In this document: piece by piece, positions 25,521 to 37,775 of the stretch | Position numbering within the stretch: position 1 is the stretch's first letter | Layout: each line of letters starts with the position of its first letter | Assembly (NCBI RefSeq): GCF_035084215.1 | Contig: NC_090360.1 | Coordinates: 10,788,001 to 10,852,000 of the forward strand | Length of the DNA stretch: 64,000 nucleotides | Reading direction: 5' to 3' | From: Heptranchias perlo | Taxonomy: Eukaryota | Notes under the pieces: model-generated | What the model was told of the DNA's origin: nothing | Seen by the model: the letters and a program-made list of their open reading frames with translations, nothing else | Databases searched by the model: none | Program-made: the position numbers and the translations under genes

Positions 25521-28500
25521 GATGGGGGTGAGATAAGGACCAAGCACATTTTCACCTTCGTAAAAATGTACTTGGCAAATTGGTTTCTTTCACATGTTCA
25601 CAAACGCATAAAGTGATGACTTAATTTGCACTGTAGTGTCACTTGTATTCACTATACGGCCCTGCTCCTCCCTAAACAACATTTTAATCTGAATGTAAAA
25701 ATCCTGTAAACAGCAGTGAGTTCTAATGGCCCAGTTGTTTCATACTATTCAGATCACATGCAGAATGTGGTTTGTATTGGTGCAGTGTATCCATCTTCAT
25801 TCAAAGCTGATTCGTTATCAAATTGGCACTAATTAGAAATGCTGCTCAGTTTTTGGCTGCTGCATCACCACTACAAAGATGGTTGAACCGTGTTTACAAT
25901 AGTTTATTTCTTTGCCAAAATGGTATCACAGCAGTTGGTACTGTCATAACATTGAGTGTCTGAAACGTGCACTGACTGGCATTCGTTCGAATTGGGGGAT
26001 TAGTTTGATTCTAATGCAAGGATCTTCTAGGGCATAAATATTCACTTCTCTAGAGGCCAAAGGCAATGAAATATTAAATCCAGATAGTTGGCTGGCATTG
26101 TGGCTCTCTGTTGTACAGTCACATCTCCAATTATTAATGGCTTGTAATCTTTGTTACAGCAAAGCTTTGTGGCTGCTAATGGAGGAATCTTCAAAAATGA
26201 ATCTTTTGAACTCCATTTTATTGGATAGAAAGATAAACAACATTTATTCCATTGTCCGTTGTATGAATGAATGTTTTCCACACTACATGGTCTATGCTGT
26301 CAGTGTGCTACCGGAGGCGATGCTCCTTGAGTATTGCTCAGTGTATTTGCTTTGTATAAATAGTTATTGTTAAAACCTGTTCTTCCGTCTGGAGTATTTC
26401 ATGTTTCTTGCTGTTGTGTGTCTCTGATCTAAATACCACCACTGTTGTGGTTAGATCTGTGTTAACTAATGTGTTCAAATTGGTTGATCGATTCAAAGTT
26501 TTAATGGACAGAGGATTGATTTGTTTTCAAGCCTGCCCTGGTCTCCTGGAGATTGCTATCCGTATATTACAAAACAATGAAGTATATTATATTTATTGGA
26601 CTTCAAATTGTTCGGCAGCTGGATTGGCTTAAAGTACAATCAAGATGAGTTGGACCTAATTTGTAATGACTTTAAAACACTACTGTATGTATTGCATTTT
26701 TAAAGTCATTTTTTTAGCCTAATATTTAATTGGTCAAGAATTGATTAAACAATTAACAATCAATTATCATTGTCTAAAGTAAAATTACTAAGTATAGGCT
26801 TTCTGATGTGGCTTGAAGCATTATGTTTGCTTGACACAAAAACACTGCAATCATGTGCATTTACAGAAGGGGACCCAATGGAAATTTTTGTGAAGACTGT
26901 GTGGAAATTTTATTGGGATAAACATAATCAATACAGAATTCCAAAGTAGGTTTCTCCTTTAATCCTGATCAAAACTCATCCCAAGTTGTATGAAATGAAG
27001 AATTTTGAGGTGAGTTGATCAGAGTTGTCAGTCCAGGGACTCATCAGATAACGGAACTAACTCTCACAGGTGCTTGTCTTGCTGTGGATGACTTCTAACA
27101 TTCTCTAGATATGAGCTTAAAGGAGCAAAAAGAAACTGGATGGAGATTACCAAAATGATTAGAAGCTATTCCTCTGCAGCATTAGGATATTTTATTTTAC
27201 ATGAAATACTAAACTGCTGTTAAAATGATTACATCACCGTTTAACATGTTTCTCGGGCCTCGTATACCCTTATAGCTGAGTTCTCCTTAAACAATTTTAA
27301 GGCTTCACAGTTTAATGGAAAACTACATCTTTTCAATATTGTAGTTGGAACAAAGTTGGAATAAAAACAATTTGCAGCAAGATATGGGCTAGATTTTCTG
27401 TGAACATTTAACTTCTATTAATTGAACTGGAATTCACTTTGTTATTCATATTGCCAGCATACACTGGAAAATAAACTCTCCTGGTTTATGGTGGGCAGAT
27501 TTTCTCTCATTGAGACTGCTTTTGGATACTTAAGTATTACTGGTGCTGCCTTCAGACACAAGTGAAACTTTGTATGGCAGTCTGGCTGTACTTAGCTTAG
27601 GACTTCCCTCCTCTTCCCTCTTTGTTGGATACGTTTTACAATCTTTTTTTCAAACTGTTCCTGTGAAATTCTGGTGGGTTTTATACAATAACTAGACTAA
27701 TTTTAATTTAAAAATCTGCAGTACAACTTTTATTAATGCACTGCAAGAAAATCATGGGCTGTTATGGTGAGCTCATCGTTTCAGGGAATCCTTTCTGTTA
27801 TCCTACACAAAATAGGGATAGTTAAATAGGAATAACTTATCAAATCCATAAAACCTGAGACCAACATTAAATAATTCATAAGTGATTCAGCTATTACCTA
27901 TCCAGACAGGATACCATGGATCTACATAATTTATGGGATGGTTTATTGACAATAGAATTTACTGCTTCTGTTGTGCTATTGAATCCTGACTTCTTGTAAT
28001 ATTATATTGAAATGGTTCAAAATAAAATAATTATTTTCTTTTTCAGTGACTTTTCACTCGTTGGTGTAAATATTTTGTAATTTGAGTTATTAAATCCATA
28101 TCAATGAGAAACTGGGCAGCCCACTGAGATCTGGTTACTAATCCTCCAGTAAAGATTGGAAGGGTATGTTAGCTGTCTGGATCTTAATGTGAAATGTGTT
28201 TGTGTAATCTGAACCCAGGAAGATTATTGGGTGCAGGTCCACAGCCCAGAAATCTCTGATAATTTGACAATGTAATCACGCTTCAAAAGAGCTTTTAAGA
28301 CGGTAAATGTGGGAGATGAGCAAATTCATCCCAAGACTGTATTGGGTTCTCTTCTGAAGTTGAAGGTTAAGGTACATTGTTGAGGCAGAGTAGAAAAAGC
28401 TTTATTTTGAACCTTGGCCCTGTGTTGCTGACCCAGTAATGCTTGACGGCCAAGCTGATAAAGTGCCACTAATAATCGGCTCTGTCCAACAAATGTTCAG

Positions 28501-29369
28501 TATGCACCAAAAGCATTTCGTTCAGAAGGGATAGAAACCTTAATTTAGTTGGAATCGTCCATATTTTACATCAGAATTTGGAGGATTGTCTATATACTAG
28601 CATTAACTTTCTTTATAGATAGATATATGGTTCTTCTATGCTTTTCATAGTTTGCTTATGGCAGTAACTGCCATCTAAATCCTCTAATTTTAATAAGGTA
28701 ATTTTCATAAAGCTATCAGTTACATTAAATAATTGAGATTCCTACATTTTATCCACTGTTTCTATCTCATAAAGTATTATGCTAAGATTCTCATCTAGAT
28801 ATTTGCAACATTTTTATTTTCTTTTTTTATCATCATTCCTCAAGACTTTGGCGCTCTGTGGACATCGATCTTCACTTCTTTAGCAAGTCAATATTATTGG
28901 CATCTCTTGGGTCATGAGCAGGTCTTTTATGTATCTGAATATCAATTTTTTGTGCTTCTCTAATGTTCTCTTCATTACGCATTTCAAAAGTTGTTAAACG
29001 GACCTATTTGATATGCATATTACTGAATGCCAACTATTGCTTGGAATTATTCCGTACGTTCGTCATGACGTTCACAGTGCTAGTTGTTTGGCTGCATTAA
29101 TTCTTTGGTTGTACCAATACGCGTAGATAGTCCGTAAACTTACACAGGTCATGATGACAATGTCTGTCAAGAAGCCTTCTTGAATCAATAAAGCAGTTAA
29201 AAAATCTTTTCTGCAAACTGTCTTATGGTAAAAAGCTTTTCAACTGTATGTTGACCTAAAGCCAATTTGCCCTTCTCATTTTGGGTTTTCCCTTCTGTTA
29301 CTTGTGCACCTTTATTACTTCCAAGTGCCCCATATCTAATGATTTGTTAGACTGTTCATGCCATAATTG

Positions 29370-30030
29370 GAACATGTAGGGAACTATTGACATAAGGTTT
29401 AATCCAGTGAAAAAAGGCAAATGGGTAATTGGATTGTATTTGTAAAGGGATAGCGTAAAATCAGAAATGGTCATCCTATTGCTATATAAGACGTTGGCTA
29501 GAATCATCCGGAGTCACGTGTGCAGTTCTTCTGATCACCAAATCGTATGAAGGATATTATTGCCCCTGAGAGGGTACAATCAAGATGCTTTTGAATATTG
29601 GGCATTTACTTTATGAGGAACGATTAAAAAAGTTGGGTTTGTCCTCTGGAAAAGACAAGATTTCAAAGTGATCAAATTGAAGGTTGATTATGAAGGGGAC
29701 TGACCAGGCTGATCCAAGAAAATTGATCAGTTTGGTGAAGAGTTAAAATATTACTGGACGTGAGGTAAAAATCAAAAAACTAAGAGTATGAAAGAAAGTC
29801 AGGCAGCTCTTTATTTTTCCAAAAAGAGCAATAGACTTGTGCAGTAAGGCAATGAGAGAAGGTAATTGAAACAAACAGTTTAAATCGATCTAAGATATAG
29901 TTGGACACATACCTGTGGAGAGAATTTATTTGGTGATAAGACAGTTAGGTGAAGTTAAGGTTTATTAGAATGGGATGATTTGTTAGGCCTAATGGCCAAT
30001 CCTGTTGCTGAAAGATTTTGTGCTTTATGC
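29370..30030 (+). mobile_element. Old CR1 3' region
   Basis: 'ctattgctatataagacgttggctaga...tgtgcagttct...aggatattattgccctgagagggtaca...tatgaggaacgatta' encodes an LLYKTL / CVQF / YEERL-like remnant. Confidence 0.8.
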
Positions 30031-30525
30031 TATCTCTTGGGCTCTTTTGGGTATCATTGATTCTGTCTAACTGATTCTTCACCTACCCTGGTTTGTTCAG
30101 TTGCAATTGCAATGGAATTTGGAGATCTTTCAGGTTTTATTCGGAGATCTTTCAGATTTTATTTTTCTGATGGCTGTCTCTATTTTCCAGTGTTACTGTT
30201 AACAATAATGGAACAGCAGAATCTATCAATATTATTTTGACAGTTGGAAAGAATTATTCTGAAAATATTTGTCTATTATTTGGATACCTTGCACTTCGAA
30301 GATCAATTAAATGCACAGCACACTACTGCATTTCTAGCTGTATTGCTAAACTATCCCCAGCCTCTTCCCCCACCCCCCCCCACCCCCACAACCCCGAGCC
30401 ATCTCTTTTTCATCGGTGCCATTGATATTTATTTGAAGGCACTGCTCAGAGTCCTCATTTTCCCCATAGGAAGATAGAGCTTCAGATTTATTTTGAGAGC
30501 ATAAGTTGCTCTGGGCACACCTGTT

Positions 30526-30783
30526 CTAATTTTTCCTTCCCGCCTTCCCCGCTCCTCGGATAGTCACCCATAGTTCCTTCTCCATTATCTGCTCCTTAGC
30601 TCTCATCGGTATGACTACCCTCTCAAACTCGCTCTCCAAAAACTTCTCTCCCTTCCTGATGCGTCGGATTGTCTCCATCTCCTTCTCAAGTTCTAAGATT
30701 TTGAGCTCAAGCAGTGTGAGTTGGTGACTCTTTCTACAGATGTGTTTGCTCGCAAACTCCAATACCTTGCCAAAATGACACAT
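30526..30783 (-). pseudogene. CR1 ORF1 zinc-finger/leucine-zipper remnant
   Basis: HICRKS..LTLLELKILELEKEMETIRRIRKGEKFLESEFERVVIP resembles vertebrate CR1 ORF1 (CxKC..L..LE.RV.ELE..L.TL..IRE.E..LD..F). Confidence 0.7.
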
Positions 30784-30789
30784 GATGCT

Positions 30790-31760
30790 TAAAATGCCTT
30801 AAATTTGGTATCAATTTGGCTGCCTTTTTCTGCACTGCTTCCAATGCCTGGATATCATTGCTGTAGTAAGTGGCCAGAGTTGTAGACGGTACTTTAAGTG
30901 TAACCATGCCAGTGCCTTGTACAGAATCATTATCATCTCCTGTGATTTGTGCTCAATCCTTCTGGCTGGATTTTTGTTAGGCAAGGGTATTAAGGGTTAC
31001 AGGACCAAGGCGGGTAAATGGAGTTAAGATACCAATCAGCCATGACCGAGCTGCATGGTGGAACAGGCTCGAGGGGCTGAATGGTCTACTCCTGTTTCTG
31101 TGGACATCTTGAGATGCGATTAGCTTTCCTCACTGCTGCCACACACTGGTTTCAGTGAGCTCTTCACCAGTATCCTCGATCCCTCTTCTGCATTGAGTCC
31201 TACAGCCATTTAGTTTCTACTCCCACTGTTGATCTTCCTTACCTAGTCTCAGTACCTTGCACTTATCCACATTAAATGTCATTTGTCACTCACCAGCCCA
31301 TCCTCCCAACCTCTCCACACCCCTTTGTATCTGGTTTACCTCTTTCCTAACGTTTGAACCCCCACCAAAATTTAGCATCATTTGCAAAACTAAACGTAAA
31401 CTGTTTTGCTTCCAGCTCCAAATCATTTATATGCATCGTAAACAGTAATGGCCCCAGTACTGATCCTATGGCACCCCACTAATAACACTTTGGATGTAGT
31501 TCCATTCTCTAACACCCTTTGCTTTCTCCTGTTTAGCCAATTCATTCCACTTCAGAAGATTGCCTTCTATTTCATGCCTTCCTACCTTGTAACCTAATTG
31601 CTTCTGTGGCATGATATCAAGAATCTTGCTCAAATCTAAATGTATCTCAGTATTTCCATTGTGGACAAGGTCCGTCATTTCCTCAAAGAATTCTAGTAAA
31701 TTTGTTCGGCCAGACCTCCCTCCCATAAATCCATGCTGACTCCCTCTTAGCGTTCCATAC
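30790..31760 (-). mobile_element. Degenerate CR1 RT fragment
   Basis: ORF 31466..31930 contains SQHGFMGGRSGRTNLLEFFEE...LDLSK...SVISGVP. The downstream part has WAGEWQMTFNVDKC-like sequence. Confidence 0.85.
30966..31100 (+). mobile_element. CR1 3' tail nested in an older CR1
   Basis: 'gatttttgttaggcaagggtattaagggttac...ggaacaggctcgaggggctgaatggtctactcctgtt'. Confidence 0.8.
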
Positions 31761-31980
31761 CTATCTTGGTACGTTATGCCATACCCTTGTGTAGTTATGA
31801 GAAAATGCATGCAAGATCCAATTGCAGGCTGTGACGCTTGGTGTTCAGTGCTTTCGTTGCACAGGTTGTAAGCGTAATGAATCATAATTTTAACCTGAAA
31901 TAGATGTGCAGTCAAAGATGGCTGCATCACAAGGCAGTTAAACTGCCATCAGTTTACCCTCTTTCAAAGCCACTTAAATT

Positions 31981-32056
31981 GCTGGACTATAACTTGGTGT
32001 TGTAAAATTGTTTACAATTGTCAACCCCAGTCCATCACCGGCATCTCCACATCATG
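31981..32056 (+). mobile_element. Penelope-like terminal fragment with a 9-bp target-site duplication
   Basis: Reverse complement of 62787-62856 with one mismatch in about 70 bp. Flanked by acttaaatt at 31972-31980 and 32057-32065. Confidence 0.8.
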
Positions 32057-32865
32057 ACTTAAATTTATGCAATTGCCTTCGAGTTATTTGTTAATTTTAC
32101 ATAATGCAAATATAAGATGCATTTTGTTTCAAAATCTTTTAAATTCGTAGTTACTTGACAAAACTAATGTTCAATTGCCATCTTGACATAACAAATGGAA
32201 GATTTAAATTATTTGATGTAAACAATCCAAGCTATTGTTCATGAGCTGGGTGAGAGGGCTGAGTTATTCACGATAATATATTATGTGACAGCTGAAGTGA
32301 TTGTGATTGGAGACTCTTTCCTGCAATAGTACTTCTTTTTCTTTTAAGGTTGTAGTGGGGTTCCTGACCTCTGCTCGATCTGCAATTACAGGGCTGATCT
32401 CTCTCTTATTTTGTTTTCTGTTGCTGACCTGTGGACCTCCACTAGCTGCCTCCCCACTACATTATGATCAAATTATTGGTTTGATGCTGCTTTAAAAAAA
32501 AACTTGCAGTTTCTGTTTTAATAAAAAAAAACAGCCTTGATTTGTGATGTGAGTTTTTATATTAATGAGGCAGTATTTCATGGTACTTGTTTATTTTTGC
32601 TCCCCATTTCTACATTATTTTCTCAAGTGCTTTAATTTTTCCAATTCTTCCACAATGCACATAGGTTGCCTGCTCACAGCCTCTGCCACTGCTATTCTGT
32701 CAATAAGTGAGAATGAGCTGGGATGACTCACCTTCTGATTTTCCTCCTTGTGGGAAAAGCCCCCTTTGCTCTGGAACCTCTTCCTGAGTTGAGCAGAGAT
32801 CAGTAACTTGCTGGGTGGGGATTTTCAAGCATGAGCCAGTCAGGCATAAGCACACTGATTTTACC

Positions 32866-32993
32866 AAAATACTGCTGATGCTGGAAACTTGAAATAAAAA
32901 CAGAAAATGCTGGAAACACTCAGCATCTGTGGAGAGAGAAACAGTTGCCATTTCAGGTCGATGACCTGTCATCAGAACTGGAAGAAGTTAGAG
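32866..32993 (-). mobile_element. Penelope-like-derived short element with a degenerate hammerhead motif
   Basis: Same family as 21341-21505. Minus strand 32942-32980 reads CAGTT-CTGATGA-C-AGGTC-ATC-GACCT-GAAA-TG-GC-AACTG. Confidence 0.75.
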
Positions 32994-33029
32994 TTTATAA
33001 CAGTTTTAGAAGCAAGTACAAAGCCAGGG

Positions 33030-33290
33030 AGCGAGGATTTAAAATTCCTCGTTTCAATCCCTTTCCTCCCCTTCCCTATCCATTCTTCTACAACCCTGAG
33101 CCCCAGCACCCACCATCTGCTCTGATCTATGGATCGTCCCTCCCTGCACTCCAGCATCAGTGGTAGAACCTTCTGCCATCGCGCTTCTGTACTCTGGGAT
33201 TCTCTTTCTAAACTTCTCTACTTTCCACCATCTTCAGTAGCCTTCTCAAAACTTACTTTGTCGACGGTAGATTTGGCCTTGTTCTCTACT
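33030..33290 (+). mobile_element. L2 LINE 3' fragment
   Basis: ORFs give FKIP and ISGRTFCHRASVLWDSL, matching L2 'GGRAFS..AP.LWNSLP'. Confidence 0.6.
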
Positions 33291-33452
33291 TCTCTCCATT
33301 TTCTTGCTCAGGTTGAAAGATTTAGGTGAACATTGTCTCTCAATTCCTGACCATTTAAATCAACGGTTGGAAAATTAGGCACAGTGATCCTAAGGAACAC
33401 GCATTGGAATTTCAGTTAGTTTTCTTTTTCCACTTGTGTTTGTTCCTTTCAG

Positions 33453-33587
33453 AGTCGTGATTACCACCAATGACTAATGCTGCTCTTCACTGCTGCCAGC
33501 ATGAGCATGGTCATGATTGCATCACCAATGGAAGTACAAACGAATCAATGATTATAATTGAGATGCTTGAGGAAGCGTTTCATCTTG
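33453..33587 (+). other. Candidate host exon (135 nt); possibly a first coding exon with ATG at 33470
   Basis: Long polypyrimidine tract 33418-33450 ending tttcAG, and donor TTG|gtgagc. Unique sequence. Open frame from 33470 to the donor: MTNAALHCCQHEHGHDCITNGSTNESMIIIEMLEEAFHL. Gene not recognised. Confidence 0.55.
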
Positions 33588-33867
33588 GTGAGCTTTGTGT
33601 CGCAGTTAAATTAGATTCTTATTGTAGTAATTGAAAACAAAGCTGTTCTTCGCATCCTCTGACAATACCATAATATTAAGAGGGGCCATTTTCCTATATG
33701 CGCTCCTGATCGGGAACCATGTACATCGGAAATTCGGGAGTTGATATGTTTATGCATCACTAGCTTTTATATATTATACTGATACTTGTGTATTACACAT
33801 TCAAAAAGGTAAATTCATGGGGGAATTCCTAGATTAGCAAACCTTGTTGATTTTGCCATCTGCGTGA

Positions 33868-33965
33868 CATAGGAACAGGAGTAGACCAGAAAGCCCCTCG
33901 AGCCTGCTCCGCCATTCAATTATATCATGGCTGATTGACATCTTAACTCCATCTACCTGCCTTGC
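33868..33965 (-). mobile_element. CR1 3' tail
   Basis: 'cataggaacaggagtagacc...cccctcgagcctgctccgccattcaat', related to 39870 and 30966. Confidence 0.8.
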
Positions 33966-35880
33966 CTAACATTCTCCCGCCCACTATTTTCATACAGGGA
34001 TGTCGTATGAATGCTTTAAGTGTTTGTTCACTCGTTTCCACAACAATAATTCTAAACTTAATTAAGTTCCCATTTCATTACAATTTGTGGGATGTTTATT
34101 ACTCCTAAGTAGTAAATTACTACTGAGTCTATAAGGCGAGCCTTTGTATAAATCCTCTGTCACAACTTCAGTGAGTCTGATTTTACAGATGTAACATTAA
34201 CAGAGTTTTTCAATTTACTTCAAGATACTGTAAGATCACAAAGTCTTTGTTCCCGTAGACACTTGGCTGTCTCCAGTAAAAATCCCACACGGTGGTTCGA
34301 GCGAAAAGGGAATCTGAACATTCATTTCCAAAGTTCATTTTTAAGCACACTATTTCTATCTGCAGTTAATTTTAAGTGTTTCATTGTTTAAAGCATGTTC
34401 CGAAAGTCCTGCTTCGCTGCTGGAGAGTGTCAAGACGTGACTTTCCACCTACCCTGGTCCTGACTGTATCCCAAATCCCGTGGACAGGGTCATTTGAGTA
34501 ATAGACGCATGTGGCTGTGACATTTACAGGATTACTGGGGCAGACGCTGAGACTGACTGCCATTGGGATATGGCCATGGGAGGCCCACTTATGCAGGCGT
34601 CCTTACTGCTCCCCCATACCCTGGGTGGAACTGGCAAGATTTCCGTGGGAAGCCTGACATCCAACCTGTTCTGCTTCCAAAGGTAATGTCACAACAGGGG
34701 AGAGGAGTGGAAGAAGTGGCCGCCTCTATCTATTAGAATTTGTCAGAGCGGTCAGGAAGGGGCGATTCTACCCCAAATTCCTCCCCTGCCCCGATTGTGC
34801 TGATTCTGCACCCTAAGCAAGCTGGATACTTTAGGCCAACATTTTTAGATGTACATTGGGGCGAACACTTTCCTAATCTCTAATGTTTAAATACCCCATT
34901 CATCATCTTCAGCAGTGACCCCCTTTATTGGCACTTGCACACTGCTCACCATTCCCTGGTTTAGTCGGCAGACCTTCTCCTCGGACTCTTCCATTGTCGC
35001 TCTGTGACTGATCTTGACATATAAATATTGATTAAACAGCCACATTTGGCTATTTGATTTTTCCAGCCATTTGGACACTAAAACAGGGTAACAGAAAATT
35101 ACACAACTTACTACAAATAGCTTCATTGCAACAGCAAATGTTTGAACAGGCTTTTGACTCTCCATTGTGGTATGATGTGGATTTTTTCCCGCCCTGATGC
35201 TGCATGTGCCGTCCCCCTCTCCCACTGGTGTTACAAACTCTGGTTGAAGATATTCCTGGAGGTATCATCACATGATCTCCTGCCTCCAACCATCCGACCC
35301 CCCACACTCCTGCCATTGGTCGCCTGACACGTCCATCTTCGCTGCGCACTGCCCTCCCATGCCAATCGGAAAGTGAATGGACTTTTCATTAGCCAATTGG
35401 ATGATTCTTGACTCTCCGTCTATTAGCCTTTTTTCCAGTATAACTAATCAACAAAAGTGTTCAAAGAAAATTAAAAAAAAAACACAATTTGATTTTTGCC
35501 TCTGTGATTTTTCTCCCAGGTTGCTCACACAGTGTCCTGGAGATTCGCCTTTAATTCCTGGGGACTCCAGGGCAATCCTGGAGGGTTGGCAACCCTATCT
35601 CGCACTTATCTGTTCACTTTTTCTTTGTGTACTCACTCAACAGCTAAGGTATAAATTCCAACTCTTTCCATCTACAAATCTTGATCACTTAACTCATCAC
35701 TATCAGAGAAGAAGTTAACAGGTGCCGTTTGACAAAGGCTGCTCCTTTTATAGAAGTATAAACATTGTGAACACACAAACTGCAACAAATACAGAGAAAC
35801 CCCACACCACTTTCCACCACGCAGCCAAATTTTTTAACTCATTGTTTTTCTTGAGAACAAAGGCTCACAAAAAATGTCTT

Positions 35881-36169
35881 CCCGTCCACGGTGTGACGAG
35901 AGAGGGGTGGCCCGTCCACGGTGTGACGAGAGAGGGGTGGCCCGTCCACGGTGTGACGAGAGAGGGGTGTGACGAGAGAGGGGTGGCCCGTCCACGGTGT
36001 GACGAGAGAGGGGTGTCCTGTCCACGGTGTGACGAGAGAGGGGTGTCCCGTCCACGGTGTGACGAGAGAGGGGTGGCCCGTCCACGGTGTGACGAGAGAG
36101 GGGTGTCCTGTCCACGGTGTGACGAGAGAGGGGTGTCCCGTCCACGGTGTGACGAGAGAGGGGTGGCCC
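35881..36169. repeat. 30-bp GC-rich minisatellite (about 9.5 copies)
   Basis: Unit cccgtccacggtgtgacgagagaggggtg(g/t). One extra 16-bp partial unit. 35987-36076 is identical to 36077-36166. Confidence 0.97.
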
Positions 36170-36812
36170 ACATATTTTGGGTGCACAAAGCTTTGCCCCC
36201 TGGCATAATGGGATGAAAAGTCCAGACATAACTTTAAAAAAATTATATTATAAATTAATATTTTATAAAGAACAGCAAATAGCCGATGACCAGTATAAAA
36301 CAGCGATTGAATCCTGAGCTTTTTAAAAAAAATATTGGGTGGTGATAACTGTTTGCAATTATAATGAGAACAGATGGGTCACAAGTTTGACACTGGTGCT
36401 TTCTGAGAGCACAGAAAGACTTGGAGGAAACTGTCTATAGGAGTTGACAACACTATTTGGTCGAGTGTGCAGTTTCACTTCTCATATTCCCCACAGACTT
36501 TCAGACTGATGCAGAATGCAGAGGTGCAGCTGCAATGGCTCTTGTATTTGTGCTATAGGCCTGGAGATCCAGCTAAAAGCCAGAAACGGTTGCAGTGCTG
36601 CTCCAGTCATGATCTTGACAACTGACAGCCCAGCCACATCTTTCTGATGTTGTAGAGCATGGGCTGTGCCATGAAGTAGGCTGATCCGTATGGCTTTGAG
36701 GGGCACTAAGTGCAGGAGAAAGAGTTGGCTTTGTCTCCAAAAAGGCTACAATATTCCCTACTAGGTGATATGGGCATAATTCTACTTGTCGTCAGAGTCA
36801 CTGTATTAGTTC

Positions 36813-37775
36813 TTTTTTATTCGTTCATGGGATGTGGGCGTCGCTGGCGAGGCTGGCATTTATTGCCCATCCCTAATTGCCCTTGAGAAGGTGGTGGTGA
36901 GCCGCCGCCTTGAACCGCTGCAGTCCGTGTGGTGAATGTTCTCCCACAGTGCTGTTAGGAAGGGAGTTCCAGGATTTTGACCCAGCGACGATGAAGGAAC
37001 GGCGATATATTTCCAAGTCGGGATGGTGTGTGACTTGGAGGGGAACATGCAGTTGGTGTTGTTCCCATGTGCCTGCTGCCCTTGTCCTTCCAGGTGGTAG
37101 AGGTCGCGGGTTTGGGAGGTGCTGTCGAAGAAGCCTTGGCGAGTTGCTGCAGTGCATCCTGTGGATGGTACACACTGCAGCCACAGTGTGAAGGGAATGA
37201 ATGTTTAGGGTGGTGGATGGGGTGCCAATCAAGTGGGCTGCTTTGTTCTGGATGATGTCGAGCTTCTTGAGTGTTGTTGGAGTTGCACTCATCCAGGTAA
37301 GTGGAGAGTATTCCATCACACTCCTGACTTTTGCCTTGTATATGGTGGAAAGGCTTGGTGGAGTCAGGAGGTGAGTCATTCGCCAGAGAATACCCAGCCT
37401 CTGACCTGCTCTTGTAGCCACAGTATTTATGTGGCTGGTCCAGTTAAGTTTCTGGTCAATGGTGACCCCCAGGATGTTGATGGTGGGGGATTTGGTGATG
37501 GTAATGCCGTTGAATATCAAGGGTAGGTGGTTAGACTCTCTCTCATTGGAGATGGTCATTGCCTGGCACTTTTCTGGCACGAATGTTACTTACCACTTAT
37601 CAGCCCAAGCCTGGATGTTGTCCAGGTCTTGCTGAATGTGGGTACGGACTGCTTCATTATTTGAGGGTTTGCGAATGGAACTGAAAACTGTGCAATCATC
37701 AGCAAACATCCCCATTTCTGACCTTATGATGGAGGGAAGGTCATTGATGAAGCAGCTGAAGATGGTGGGGCCCAG
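36813..37775 (-). mobile_element. CR1-group LINE copy 2 (5'-truncated)
   Basis: Aligns to 18640-19600. ORF 36873..37580 retains the native C-terminus ...GLQRFKAAAHHHLLKGN. Confidence 0.95.

Noticed and set aside
35881-36169. CRISPR-like array or repetitive protein (several overlapping ORFs)
   Set aside because: Units are contiguous with no unique spacers and there are no cas genes. The ORFs arise because the 30-bp unit lacks stop codons.
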